From positions 1 to 64,000 of IMG/VR virus record IMGVR_UViG_3300047095_000752: a DNA stretch of 64,000 nt; one strand, given 5' to 3'. Position numbers and translations under genes: made by a program. This document shows positions 26,952 through 37,772 of the stretch, in pieces. Below the pieces are notes generated by a model. That model was not told where the DNA came from and searched no databases. It worked only from the letters and a program-made list of their open reading frames with translations. Each line of letters opens with the position of its first letter. The first letter of the stretch is position 1.

Positions 26952-29240
26952 GTGAGTCCCCAAGATATAGTACAAGTTAAACAACAAGTTTACGTGTCAA
27001 ATGGAGGATCTACAAGTGTCGGTTGGAAAACTATCGAACACAGAGTTAGTAATGGAAACGTACAATTCTTTGCAGATTTTATTCAATTAGTCGATATTTC
27101 AGAAACCTTTACAGTCCCGGAACTCCTACCGAATGAATTCCATTCGATCAATTATAATTTTAATAAAACTGGTAGTATCGCCGATGTTGATTTATTTACA
27201 ATCACAACTACTACCAATGGAGTTCTTGATAAGTGGCTTCGTAAGGAGTCTATTTTCGGAATCGGTCCGGATGAAAAAGCCTTTACATATCGCGAGACCG
27301 AAAAAGGAATTACAATATCTTTTGGTAACGGAGTAATAGGTAAACAACCACGTAAGGGGACGAATGTCATCGTTACCGTTGGGTTAACCAGAGGTGACAA
27401 AGGAAATGTGATATCAGGTAACATCAAACGGTCGGATGCTGCTAGAATGTTAGTTACTTTCGCCAACGGTCAGACCGGTGTTAAGTTTGTTAATTTAAAA
27501 GTAATTAATAAAGAGCCATCACAGTTTGGTGTAAATCCACCCACAATCGACGAAGTTAGATCCAATGCTATAAACAGTGTGTCTGCAAACTCACGGCTAG
27601 TAAGTCAACGAGATTTTCAAAATGCTGATATTATTGTACAAGGACTTCCGATTAAAAATGTATTTCAAGTATTAAAAAGAAGTGATCTTAAAAGAAATGA
27701 AATAACATTATTCACTGAACTGGTTTATAATAATGTTGTCGTTCCAACCCGCAATGCCACCTTGACGATAGAAGCCAGTGATATTGAAAATTCATCATCA
27801 TATCAAATTAAATCTGAAGAGACGGTAGTTACAATCGATAACGAACAATACATAACTATATTCGACTTGTTCTTGAATCAATATACAAATGAAGTTGGGT
27901 ATTATTATTTTATATCCGAAACCGAATTACCAGTGACTCTACTCACCCAAGAACCTTCGCTCGACCCTACGAAGATTTTTCCTGTATTCTCATATTACTC
28001 AAGTGATAGGACTTCAGATCCGGAACAACTTAAAGTTGAACTTCACTGTAATATATTAGATACCACATCCAATTTTTCATGCAAGGTATCCGTTGACTGG
28101 CCGAGTATAAACGGTGTATCAGAATATATGTTATTCGATACAACTTCACAATTAAGTTCGGAATTCTCATCAGTCAAGATATTTTCCACCCATCCAGATC
28201 CCGGTGAAACACAGATTGATACCATGGATTTGACTTATGTCCCCGATGGTAAGCCAGTTGAATTCACATATACTATCTATAAGAACCCCGCAAATTCCGC
28301 CCCAATTGAAATATGTACTTGTAGGAATTCAATTATACTCAAGCGGGATCTTTCCGATTTCATGTACAGTCAAGTTACACCAAACTCCAGCGGGGATGAT
28401 ATAACAACATATACGCTATATGATGTACCTGTTATTAAAAAGGATTATTTTGATAATTTATTAAATAAGAGTTTATTCACATCAAGTGTACTTCAAAAAA
28501 TAATTGAATTTGATGTATATGATTATAAAATGGTTACGGATTATGTAAATCTAAAATTTGCAAATACTACTGGATTTTCAACTAATATGAAATATAGAGA
28601 TATTAGTCGGACCCCGGTGATTGATTTAAACCCGTCCATATCCAATATAAATGCGGTTACGGTCGCCGTACATGGCACTCGCTATGTAATAACAGATGCC
28701 AACAACCCGTGGAACGAAGAGACCGGATATCCGGGCACTGGGTGTATAGCCTATTTCTCAGATGGTAATAATAAATGGAACTTTGAAAAATTAAAAGTTA
28801 ACGATATTATTGAAGTCACAAACCTTAATAATATAAACTCTGGGGTTGCTCTCCAAAATCGTGTAACTACGAAAATGATTTACACTGGTATTGAACTTAT
28901 AGAGCCAAGATTTTCAATTCCACTTCAAATTCGTATGACTATTATACCGAGCGATTCAATAACAATTACAAACCAAGTATTAATAAGAAATATCAAAGAT
29001 ACGCTTATAAATAAGTTAGCGCCATCATTTGGATATAATAAGAGTTTGTTAAGATCCGTTATTGTTAAAGTCGTTCAAGATATACCCGGTGTTGAACATT
29101 GTGAATTGCTGGAGCCGTCGTTCAATATTAAATTTGAATTCGATCCTTATAAAAATATGACTCAAGATCAACTACTTAGATATACCCCGGAACTTATATT
29201 CTTTTCCTCCGAAAACATTATTATTGATGTGAAAGATTAA
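26952..29240 (+). CDS. Baseplate wedge protein gp6-like, C-terminal part
   Basis: ISFGNGVIGKQP, TRG.KGN and RLVSQRDF motifs; the -1 frame is open from about 26883. Confidence 0.75.
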   Translation: MSPQDIVQVKQQVYVSNGGSTSVGWKTIEHRVSNGNVQFFADFIQLVDISETFTVPELLPNEFHSINYNFNKTGSIADVDLFTITTTTNGVLDKWLRKESIFGIGPDEKAFTYRETEKGITISFGNGVIGKQPRKGTNVIVTVGLTRGDKGNVISGNIKRSDAARMLVTFANGQTGVKFVNLKVINKEPSQFGVNPPTIDEVRSNAINSVSANSRLVSQRDFQNADIIVQGLPIKNVFQVLKRSDLKRNEITLFTELVYNNVVVPTRNATLTIEASDIENSSSYQIKSEETVVTIDNEQYITIFDLFLNQYTNEVGYYYFISETELPVTLLTQEPSLDPTKIFPVFSYYSSDRTSDPEQLKVELHCNILDTTSNFSCKVSVDWPSINGVSEYMLFDTTSQLSSEFSSVKIFSTHPDPGETQIDTMDLTYVPDGKPVEFTYTIYKNPANSAPIEICTCRNSIILKRDLSDFMYSQVTPNSSGDDITTYTLYDVPVIKKDYFDNLLNKSLFTSSVLQKIIEFDVYDYKMVTDYVNLKFANTTGFSTNMKYRDISRTPVIDLNPSISNINAVTVAVHGTRYVITDANNPWNEETGYPGTGCIAYFSDGNNKWNFEKLKVNDIIEVTNLNNINSGVALQNRVTTKMIYTGIELIEPRFSIPLQIRMTIIPSDSITITNQVLIRNIKDTLINKLAPSFGYNKSLLRSVIVKVVQDIPGVEHCELLEPSFNIKFEFDPYKNMTQDQLLRYTPELIFFSSENIIIDVKD

Positions 29241-29242
29241 CT

Positions 29243-30316
29243 ATGATTGTAATTCCCAATAAACTCAAAGATAGCCCTCCTGAACTGAAGGAACTTAATA
29301 ACTTCTTGGTTCGCACCAATGGTAAAGAGTTAACTTCAATTCATACCCCGTGTTATCAACCGACCATGATCAAATACCATGTCGATTTAAAGCGGCTTAC
29401 TGGGGTTGAAAAATATGAGATGGATTCGTTTTTTAAGAATTTAACAGCACAGTATATGTCTAGCTTTAAAATCCTTCAAAATGACATCACATCAATTCTT
29501 GTTATTGGTATTATATATTATTCTCGTCATAAAAGATATGATATTGCCGAGTCACTTTATATATTATTGGCTATTCGATTTTACACTAACCGAGCGAGCT
29601 TACACTGGAAAAAGTATTGTAAAAATGACGTATGGGATTTAGCATTAAGAAATTTATCGCAAAAACATTTATTCAAAGTCAAGAATGGTATATCTAATTC
29701 AATTTATTATTTAGCTATAACGGAATACAATAAACATAAACTTAAGTTAGGGTCAAATCGAATTACCGATAAGGAAGTGTTAGATCTGGTATATGCGTTA
29801 CGACACAGAATTGCACAATCTGTACGTTCATTTGCGAATAGATATTTTGACATCGAGCAAGGTGGTAATACATCAGTTGAAGATTCTAAAGAACAAACCG
29901 GTGAAGTTGAGAATGTCAATCAATTAGCGAATGTAATATCAGAACGTATATGCACATATTCACAGGTCGATAAAGAATCTCTGGATGAATCAATACTTAA
30001 ATCTAGAATTAAGCGAGATATAGCAACATCCATTATAGCGGAACTTTCAACAATACAATATAAAGATAATATAAGATTTATGATTGTATTATTATTTAAA
30101 GTTAATAATTTAAAAGACATATGTACTAAACAAAGTTACATGTTAAGAAAAATAATAACCAACACAATGAAGGTTGGTGGTTACTCAATTAAAGGTGAAT
30201 TATTAAAAATTGCAGATGAGATGAAAAATCCATTAATTAAAAATATGAATAAAGATCAAATTGTTCTTTTACTTGCCGCCTACATCACAACCTACATACG
30301 TCGTAAAGTTTGTTAA
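29243..30316 (+). CDS. Hypothetical protein, probably virion-associated
   Basis: 357 aa ORF at the end of the baseplate operon. Confidence 0.6.
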   Translation: MIVIPNKLKDSPPELKELNNFLVRTNGKELTSIHTPCYQPTMIKYHVDLKRLTGVEKYEMDSFFKNLTAQYMSSFKILQNDITSILVIGIIYYSRHKRYDIAESLYILLAIRFYTNRASLHWKKYCKNDVWDLALRNLSQKHLFKVKNGISNSIYYLAITEYNKHKLKLGSNRITDKEVLDLVYALRHRIAQSVRSFANRYFDIEQGGNTSVEDSKEQTGEVENVNQLANVISERICTYSQVDKESLDESILKSRIKRDIATSIIAELSTIQYKDNIRFMIVLLFKVNNLKDICTKQSYMLRKIITNTMKVGGYSIKGELLKIADEMKNPLIKNMNKDQIVLLLAAYITTYIRRKVC

Positions 30317-30333
30317 ATCAATAGCTTACACTT

Positions 30334-30377
30334 AAAAATTGTCCCGAAAGTATATAGCTTTTCGGGACAATTTTTTT
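30334..30377. terminator. Bidirectional terminator between convergent operons
   Basis: aaaaattgtcccgaaag-tatatag-cttttcgggacaattttttt. Confidence 0.8.
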
Positions 30378-30386
30378 CGTTTATTT

Positions 30387-32198
30387 TTAGAATGTAGATG
30401 TTTGTATTGCGGGTACTTTACTCGATAATGTGTAATTACTTTGAAATAACCCCATATCAAAATTATTACCTGCTGTTTTGGGTTCAATTCCGGGTTCTTC
30501 TAATTCTTTAACCAGACCTTTAGTTAATGTATCAAAGGTATCGATATTATTCCAGAACCAGTTTGACAATTCTCTTGGGACTGGAAGTCCGGTTTTAAGT
30601 TTTAGTGCTACACGGTCTTGTATAGACACACCTATTTCAGACAGTTCTCTTTCCAGCTTTAAAGATTCGTACTCATTTTTATATTTACCCATAATATCAA
30701 TATTAAAGTCGGTTAGTAATTCATTTGCGCCCATTATTGATGTTATAAGTGGATCTGAAAATGCATCTAATGTGTCGAGACCCGTTCGCACAGTATTAAG
30801 CCCCGTATCAATTAGATCTAGTGAACTTGTAAATATAGAGTCTCTAGAGAATCCGGGGGATTTGATATTATTTCTAATAAGGCTAATATCCCCTAGATTT
30901 ACGATTGGATTATTCCCCGATGAGTTGCCGCCGCTAGGACCTTCACTTATTGTAGATGGTATTTCTGTAGTTCCTCTTAAATCACGGATGTAGGTATCCA
31001 GTGCTGGGCGCTCTTCCGTCACATCTTCGTTACCACGAGCTACCATCGAATTGTATAGAGATGTTATTGTGAATCGAACATCGATCGTTCCGGGTCTCTG
31101 CGTATACGATATATCGGAACTTTCACCGGAACCACCTTTAATAACATCAATTTGTTGAACGTAGGCAGCGTCCAGCCCAGCAATACCCGGACATTTCATA
31201 CGACATAACAATGGGAATCCGAATGTAAAGTTAGAGTCAGAAGCAGGGCAAACAAACAGTAGCAAGTGAGCAAGTGGCGTTAAAACGTAAGTCTCATATG
31301 CTTTATTATCATTGGGATATGGGTTGTATAATCTAAGTGTGAATTGATACGATGGTGAAAACTCACAGCCTTGCCATATTTGTGGAAAGTCAATCTTACT
31401 ACCGGCGGCAGCTTTAATTAAACCTTTACCTAAAGGTGAACTTCCTTCTATTCCATTTTCAAGCCTCTTACCTGTCTCTGCCATTTGTGTGGCACCAGAG
31501 TTCATGACATTGGCTGCAGTCTCCCCAAATAACATCCCACCAACTTCACCTAAGTCTTTCATTATTTCACCGAGACCTTCGGAAATTGAATTTTTACCGC
31601 TTATAAATCTAATTTCTTGACCCAAAGAAGATCCAACGTTTGCTACAGATTCTGACTTAGATTCGCCGAACTGGTTTGACCAAGATTCCGTGAAGTTCGA
31701 TTCGTTTTGTACTGCTAACTTTAGAGGCATAGTCAGTGGTTTAATACCTGTACCTTCAAGTAAATTTGATAAGCTACCTTGCCCTGACGTTGGAATATCT
31801 TGAAGCTTATATAGGTCAAGTCCAACGTCACCATCAATACCCTGATATGCTGGAATACAAGGTTCTAGGGTTACAACTAACATTGTTTGTAGTATTTTAT
31901 TAACGGTATACTTTAACGATTCATCATCTTGACCTTCCAAATATACGAAAGGAGGTAACCCCCATATATTTGTAATTTCAGTTTTACTTCCTTGGGGTGC
32001 TTGTTTTACTTTTGTCTTTGTTCCGGGTGCCGTAATATTACCACCCCCGTTACCCTTAGTGAATATACTAAAAGACGACTTAGCTTCATCTATGAAATCT
32101 GAGACCATAGATTTACCATCTTGAGCCATCTTATTGATGTCCCCTAAACTACTTTTAGCAGTTTCAACATAATTTTTTATATCTCCAGGAATTGGCAT
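30387..32198 (-). CDS. Putative tail/baseplate structural protein
   Basis: 603 aa, directly downstream of the tape-measure-like gene; PQIW....FSPSYQFTLRLYNP segment. Confidence 0.55.
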   Translation of the reverse strand: MPIPGDIKNYVETAKSSLGDINKMAQDGKSMVSDFIDEAKSSFSIFTKGNGGGNITAPGTKTKVKQAPQGSKTEITNIWGLPPFVYLEGQDDESLKYTVNKILQTMLVVTLEPCIPAYQGIDGDVGLDLYKLQDIPTSGQGSLSNLLEGTGIKPLTMPLKLAVQNESNFTESWSNQFGESKSESVANVGSSLGQEIRFISGKNSISEGLGEIMKDLGEVGGMLFGETAANVMNSGATQMAETGKRLENGIEGSSPLGKGLIKAAAGSKIDFPQIWQGCEFSPSYQFTLRLYNPYPNDNKAYETYVLTPLAHLLLFVCPASDSNFTFGFPLLCRMKCPGIAGLDAAYVQQIDVIKGGSGESSDISYTQRPGTIDVRFTITSLYNSMVARGNEDVTEERPALDTYIRDLRGTTEIPSTISEGPSGGNSSGNNPIVNLGDISLIRNNIKSPGFSRDSIFTSSLDLIDTGLNTVRTGLDTLDAFSDPLITSIMGANELLTDFNIDIMGKYKNEYESLKLERELSEIGVSIQDRVALKLKTGLPVPRELSNWFWNNIDTFDTLTKGLVKELEEPGIEPKTAGNNFDMGLFQSNYTLSSKVPAIQTSTF

Positions 32199-32210
32199 AT
32201 TTTAAATCCT

Positions 32211-35200
32211 TTAGTCAAACTGACCAAAAAGTAAGTCTTGTAGTGATGCTGGTAAATCTCCAAGTCCAGCGTCCTTGGCGTCCGCAGCATTAGCTGTATT
32301 AGCAGCAATTGAAGAAGCAGACTTGGATACACTGGTGCTCATTTGTGCTACGTTAGATACAATTGAACCGATTTGATTTCCTAAGTTATCCATACCATCG
32401 CCCATTTTACCAGCCATACCAGCAACGGAATTAGATACTCCATTTGAAGTCATTAATGAACCTAATTTGGATGTTACTTCTTGAGAACTTATTAAATCAT
32501 CTATACTCATCCCGGATGCTTTTTCCATTTTCTCTTGGAGTCCGGGAACTGCTAATATCTTTTCTTTTAATTCACTTTTCAATGTATCCATTGATGTTAT
32601 ACCACTAGTGGCACTTTTAATTGAAGTTCCTATGGTTTCCATCCCACCCATGGCGGTCTCAGTGGCTGCTGCAACGTCAATTCCCTTTACAGCGTCCGAT
32701 ACCATACCTGCAGCATTTGATGCCTTTACAGCCGTCTCAGCACCTATTTGTTTTGCTGTTGTTACTGCGTTATGTGCTGAGATACCAGCGGAACGAGCAG
32801 TTGAAGTGGAACCGCCCAACCAACCCATAATCTTTGCGACGTATTTTTCAGTTTCGCCATTTTGGGGAATTTGACCAGCTTGGATTGTTTTATTGTATGG
32901 TCCTGCGTTATACGAAGCTAAAGCAAGCGGAAGATTTCCGTTTCTCATTGCAAGCACTTTAGCAAAATACGCGGTACCACCCATGATTGCCTTTTCAGGA
33001 TCTGTCCGCTCATGAGGTTGTACATTAACGTCCTTACCGGTACCCGGCATCAATTGCATAAGACCAACTGCCCCGGCTGGTGATTTTGCATTTGGATTGA
33101 AATTACTTTCAGCCTTAATAATAGCAGCAACTACGTTTGGATCTAATCCATTTAGTTTAGAATATTTTTCAATTAATGGTTTTAAGTTATCGGGAGCTTG
33201 ATCGAATATCGCGCCGCCACCGGCACCAGTATAACCACCAGCCGCTTGATTGTACATTTCCGCCCCGCTTGCTGCAGCACCGGTAGCCCAATCATACGCC
33301 TTTGTACCATACGAACCAACCGTACCCATAAAGCCAGTAGCAGGAGGCGGTGCTGGGGCTGATTCTATGGTTGCTTCTGTGGCTTTTTCCTTAAAACCGT
33401 CTTTGGTGTAATCCATTTCACGCATTTCGCCAAGGGCGGTTCTTTGGTCTTCATAATATTTTACATTATCTTCTTTCTTTTTGGACCATGCTCCGCGAGC
33501 CTTAGAATCTTCTGCAACTCTACTGTATGCACGATCTGAGGCGGCCGCCGTAAAACTTTGGGCGGGGGCACCGGCTCCACCGGCTAGAGCCTCGACGATA
33601 GACCTGAAGTCTGTTAGTCCCGGTATATAATCCCTTACCAACTCCGGCGTTTTATCTATCATCATAAGAATACCCGATGCAATCATAGGGATAACACCAA
33701 TAATACAATCGAACAACCCAGCGAACATGAAATCCATTTTATTTACACCGGCTGTTATACCTTCCCATACAGACAACCAAATACCTTCAATTCCCGTCAT
33801 CATCCCGGTGAAATTTTCTCGAATTGCAAGTCCCATTTCATCTACATAAAATGCAATAGTACTTGTTAGTTGTTTACCATAAAATGAATCTAATAATACA
33901 CTACCAAGAGCACCGACCACACTACCAATTATACCACCTATAGCAGTACCAACAATTGGAAATACAGAACCGAGGGCAGCACCAATTGCACCACCTGATG
34001 CACCACCGGCTAAAGCGAGTCCGGCGGTAGTCGCGGATTCACCCATGTCTTTACCACTATAAATGTCATACGCAAGACCACCGGCAGACATAAGGGCACC
34101 GGTTGCCCCACCGACAACTTTGGTCGCGCCACTCATTGCGGCACCACCCATTTTACCGACTACACCGGGAGTAGCCTTAGCCATACCACTAGCAAGTCCG
34201 CCCGCCTTAGACATAAATCCTTTACCAAGCCCTTTTGCAAATTGACCCCAAGATTGATCTGGTATAGCACCGGTAACATCGTCACCAATAGATGATAGAA
34301 TTCCATGGGCGCTAGTACCCGGATGGGCAGCAGCCCGTTGTGCTATAGATTTACCCTCTGCCGCCATCACTTCATCACCCATCAGCCCGAATGCATTGGC
34401 TGCTTTTGGGTAGAATGTTGTGCGCCCCATAGTTTGTCTATTACCGACGTTACCCGCCATATCTCTCAATCCACCAAACATACCTTTAGCAGAACTACCA
34501 ATACGACTCCCAAATCCCTTCATAGCATCTAAGCCGCCTTTAAAGGATCTTTGCTTTCTCATAAATCCCATGAAGCCGCCACTTTGTACTATATTCTTAG
34601 CGGCACCTTTGGTTAACATTTTAAGACCTAATAAGGCACCCAGCCCACCTAAAGTTTTACCCATTAGTCCGGTTATTGCCGTAACTCCAGTCTGGACCGT
34701 GTCACTTATAACTTGAATACCAGTTTGTAAAGCAGGAATAGCAACACCAGCGAGTCCGCCCATGGCATCAGTGAAATAATCCCACTTTCTCCACCATGAA
34801 GCTTCTTTAGCTTCTTTCTTCTGAATCATTAACGCTTCTTTATCCATATCGTAAGTTAATCGTTCAGTCTTGCGAGATTTTACTGTAATATCAATAATTT
34901 CATTTTGATGCTTTTTATCTCTGGTATTAGATATAATTAATTCTTGTACCATTTTTTCCATTAATGATACTTTACGATCTTGATATTTATCATCTCGACC
35001 GGTATTCATTTTAAGCTGATTTAATATTTCAGTTAATTTTTCTACAGTGGGTTCACAACAATCCCCCATCGTAGTTTTTCTAGAGCCACCACCCCCACCA
35101 GTAGATCCATCATCGTCATCAGTCATCATATATTTTTTTCTAAATCCACTTAAACTATTATGGATGGATCCTAATTTCGATTGTTGATACCATTTACCAG

Positions 35201-36752
35201 CTTTGGTGTCTTTTAATTTACCTTCTCTTAAACTACGGGCAAGCATTGAACCACCCTTGAGAGCACCCGCACCCATTACCAAACCACCAAGTGGTCCGGG
35301 TCCCATAGTCATAGCTTTCAGACCAAGTTTACCAGCGCCCATCATCATACTAAGTGGGCTAACGCCCATCATTGCACCCAATGGACCACCAGACAGTAAA
35401 CTACCGGCAGCGCCCGCCGCCATCTTACCCGCACCTAAAATAGTCATCGGGTCAACACCAAGAGCTAATGCGGCAAGGAGTCCGATTCCACCCATCTTAG
35501 CACCTTTACCAACGGCGGATTTAATTGGTGAAAAAAGTTCACCAGTTGTCTTCATTCTACGACCGGGTGGCTGTTTAGATTTACCACCTCCCCCGCCACG
35601 GCCATTTCTTTTTAGTAAATCTAAAATACCAGCATTTCTAACATCATCCTCAGACGAAAATCCAATAATATTTGAAAGTAAAGCCTTCGCCCCCGTATAT
35701 GGGGATTTGGCTATCGTTTTAAGCTTACCCGCAATAAATTCGGAAGCGGCCGTAACGTCAGTCGGTGGTTTTATTTTAAGTTTAGTCCCCAGTCCGGTTT
35801 GCGTTACTCTGATAAGATCGTACATCAATCTATTTGTTTCACTAGACGTAGCACGACCTGCTGTATAAATCATACCAAGGGTAGTATTCATAGCGGCAAA
35901 TACACCAACCTTTTTAGGATTAGGTAGCTGAGATGAATAACGACCTGCGTTAAATACACGCATTGCTGGGATGATAAGGTTTACTGCAGTTTCCCCAAAG
36001 AATCTTAGCGTACTATTTGTAAATCGCGTTGAAAATTTCTTTTCTTCATTATGTTCTAACTTAGCGGCAATACTTTTAGATAAGTGAGTTATAAATGAAA
36101 GATCTTTTTTACTCAATTGATCCTTAGACCCACCATAACGAGCACTATCATTTAAACTGTTCTTATTAACCGAACTTGCAAATTCAGTATTTCCAGAATA
36201 ACCACCACTACGGATAAGTGAATTACTGGAGGACGATCTACGACCATTACCTTTATGGCTTATAGTCTTCTCTGTATATTCAATAGTTTGCTTTTTACCA
36301 GAACGTCTTACTCTTGCTCTACGCTTTACAGTACCCGCATCATCGGATTTAAATATTTCTTCAATCTCTTCAATCCCATCACCAATTCCGCGCATCCCCT
36401 TACCGTCAGATTGAGCATTTGATACATCATAACCACCACCCATTGAATAAGGACTCATACCACCCTTAATACCACTGAGTTTATTACCAACAGCCCCTGC
36501 CGCCTTACCCAACAGAGGTTTTAAGAACATTGAACCTAAAGGACCGCCTAAAAGTAACGAGGCGGCATCTCTGTGGGACTTTACTAATTCCGGGGAATCC
36601 TCACCAAGCGCAAAGTTATAAGCACCTCGCCCAGCACCCATAGCAGCACGACCCGCCATAGCAGGTGCCGCTTGCATTCTATTAATAATCGAATTTCGTC
36701 TGGATGAAGTTGAAGAAATCTCTCCACTACCGTACATTGCCTTGGGATCCAT
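32211..36752 (-). CDS. Tape-measure-like tail protein with a lytic transglycosylase (SLT) domain
   Basis: 1513 aa, G/A-rich with hydrophobic segments; AIIKAESNFNPNAKSPAGAVGLMQLMP...ALASYNAG...ETEKYV. Confidence 0.85.
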   Translation of the reverse strand: MDPKAMYGSGEISSTSSRRNSIINRMQAAPAMAGRAAMGAGRGAYNFALGEDSPELVKSHRDAASLLLGGPLGSMFLKPLLGKAAGAVGNKLSGIKGGMSPYSMGGGYDVSNAQSDGKGMRGIGDGIEEIEEIFKSDDAGTVKRRARVRRSGKKQTIEYTEKTISHKGNGRRSSSSNSLIRSGGYSGNTEFASSVNKNSLNDSARYGGSKDQLSKKDLSFITHLSKSIAAKLEHNEEKKFSTRFTNSTLRFFGETAVNLIIPAMRVFNAGRYSSQLPNPKKVGVFAAMNTTLGMIYTAGRATSSETNRLMYDLIRVTQTGLGTKLKIKPPTDVTAASEFIAGKLKTIAKSPYTGAKALLSNIIGFSSEDDVRNAGILDLLKRNGRGGGGGKSKQPPGRRMKTTGELFSPIKSAVGKGAKMGGIGLLAALALGVDPMTILGAGKMAAGAAGSLLSGGPLGAMMGVSPLSMMMGAGKLGLKAMTMGPGPLGGLVMGAGALKGGSMLARSLREGKLKDTKAGKWYQQSKLGSIHNSLSGFRKKYMMTDDDDGSTGGGGGSRKTTMGDCCEPTVEKLTEILNQLKMNTGRDDKYQDRKVSLMEKMVQELIISNTRDKKHQNEIIDITVKSRKTERLTYDMDKEALMIQKKEAKEASWWRKWDYFTDAMGGLAGVAIPALQTGIQVISDTVQTGVTAITGLMGKTLGGLGALLGLKMLTKGAAKNIVQSGGFMGFMRKQRSFKGGLDAMKGFGSRIGSSAKGMFGGLRDMAGNVGNRQTMGRTTFYPKAANAFGLMGDEVMAAEGKSIAQRAAAHPGTSAHGILSSIGDDVTGAIPDQSWGQFAKGLGKGFMSKAGGLASGMAKATPGVVGKMGGAAMSGATKVVGGATGALMSAGGLAYDIYSGKDMGESATTAGLALAGGASGGAIGAALGSVFPIVGTAIGGIIGSVVGALGSVLLDSFYGKQLTSTIAFYVDEMGLAIRENFTGMMTGIEGIWLSVWEGITAGVNKMDFMFAGLFDCIIGVIPMIASGILMMIDKTPELVRDYIPGLTDFRSIVEALAGGAGAPAQSFTAAASDRAYSRVAEDSKARGAWSKKKEDNVKYYEDQRTALGEMREMDYTKDGFKEKATEATIESAPAPPPATGFMGTVGSYGTKAYDWATGAAASGAEMYNQAAGGYTGAGGGAIFDQAPDNLKPLIEKYSKLNGLDPNVVAAIIKAESNFNPNAKSPAGAVGLMQLMPGTGKDVNVQPHERTDPEKAIMGGTAYFAKVLAMRNGNLPLALASYNAGPYNKTIQAGQIPQNGETEKYVAKIMGWLGGSTSTARSAGISAHNAVTTAKQIGAETAVKASNAAGMVSDAVKGIDVAAATETAMGGMETIGTSIKSATSGITSMDTLKSELKEKILAVPGLQEKMEKASGMSIDDLISSQEVTSKLGSLMTSNGVSNSVAGMAGKMGDGMDNLGNQIGSIVSNVAQMSTSVSKSASSIAANTANAADAKDAGLGDLPASLQDLLFGQFD

Positions 36753-36758
36753 ACTTTA

Positions 36759-37736
36759 TTACCTCGTCATCTTTAATTTATTAATACTAGATACAATATT
36801 CGAATGCAATCCGTTTTGATTAGTTATACATACAATTTCACTTGGATATATAACTTCTTGTCCGGGCAATGTAGTTACATTTTTAAATCCAATTTTTTCA
36901 TACGCTTTTATTATTGAATTTCCAATCATATTAACATTTAATCTAACTGGATTTCCAAGAAAGTTTTTATCATATACCCCAGTTACATGCTCCGTTAAAT
37001 TCATAACCGATTCTAAAGGTAGATCTTCAAATAATTTTCTAAAAAATGCACCCCATACCACTTTGGCTGTTTTTACCTTCATATGGTTATAATGTAACTC
37101 TTTATTAATATCAAATTTTACAGTCATATCTTGAAATAATTCAGTTAGGGTATTTACATTATTTTTTAATATATTATTAACTTTTTCTTTGGGGTATAAC
37201 TTTAAACCATCTTCAGATACAATATGTGATATAAAGTTACTATAAAATGGTAAATAATATTCTGATATAGCAGGTCTTATAAATCCTGTTGTTTTAGTAT
37301 GTCTTGCTGCCATATGGCAAATTTCATGTGCAACAACACTGGATATATCATATCTGGAGTTACCAAGAATACCTATATTATCGTCTAAGATTATGTAGAC
37401 AGTATCGTCTAAATGGTCGTAAAACCCAAGTGCCCATTCTTTCTTTATTCCGAATGAATGTTTAATCTTAGTATATAAAAATTGAAATTTAGATGGATTT
37501 ACATAACCTATGATTATTTTCTTATTATCTATACCTTTGTAAACAGTGGATTTGATTGGCTTTAGTACAGACGATTCATCGATTTGTTTTTTAAACTTAT
37601 TTTCAATATTTTCGCTTGAGTATATTTCAAATGGAGCGATGTCAAAACTGTCCATTTTCGTATATGGTATAAGACCAACTGGAGAAAATCGAAATTCATT
37701 TATATTATATTTATCAGCGGCTATCTCAAAATCCAT
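36759..37736 (-). CDS. Putative zincin metalloprotease-like virion protein
   Basis: VVAHEICH (HExxH) preceded by a GFY...VYI strand. Confidence 0.55.
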   Translation of the reverse strand: MDFEIAADKYNINEFRFSPVGLIPYTKMDSFDIAPFEIYSSENIENKFKKQIDESSVLKPIKSTVYKGIDNKKIIIGYVNPSKFQFLYTKIKHSFGIKKEWALGFYDHLDDTVYIILDDNIGILGNSRYDISSVVAHEICHMAARHTKTTGFIRPAISEYYLPFYSNFISHIVSEDGLKLYPKEKVNNILKNNVNTLTELFQDMTVKFDINKELHYNHMKVKTAKVVWGAFFRKLFEDLPLESVMNLTEHVTGVYDKNFLGNPVRLNVNMIGNSIIKAYEKIGFKNVTTLPGQEVIYPSEIVCITNQNGLHSNIVSSINKLKMTR

Positions 37737-37751
37737 CTATAAATCCTTATT

Positions 37752-37767
37752 TTATATACATTTGTCC
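37752..37767 (-). promoter_or_regulatory. Phage promoter motif B
   Basis: Minus strand GGACAAATGTATATAA, heading the 37736-30387 operon. Confidence 0.6.
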
Positions 37768-37772
37768 TCAGT

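Noticed and set aside
35203-35868. 221-aa and other plus-strand ORFs inside the tape-measure gene
   Set aside because: Antisense shadows of Gly/Ala-rich codons.
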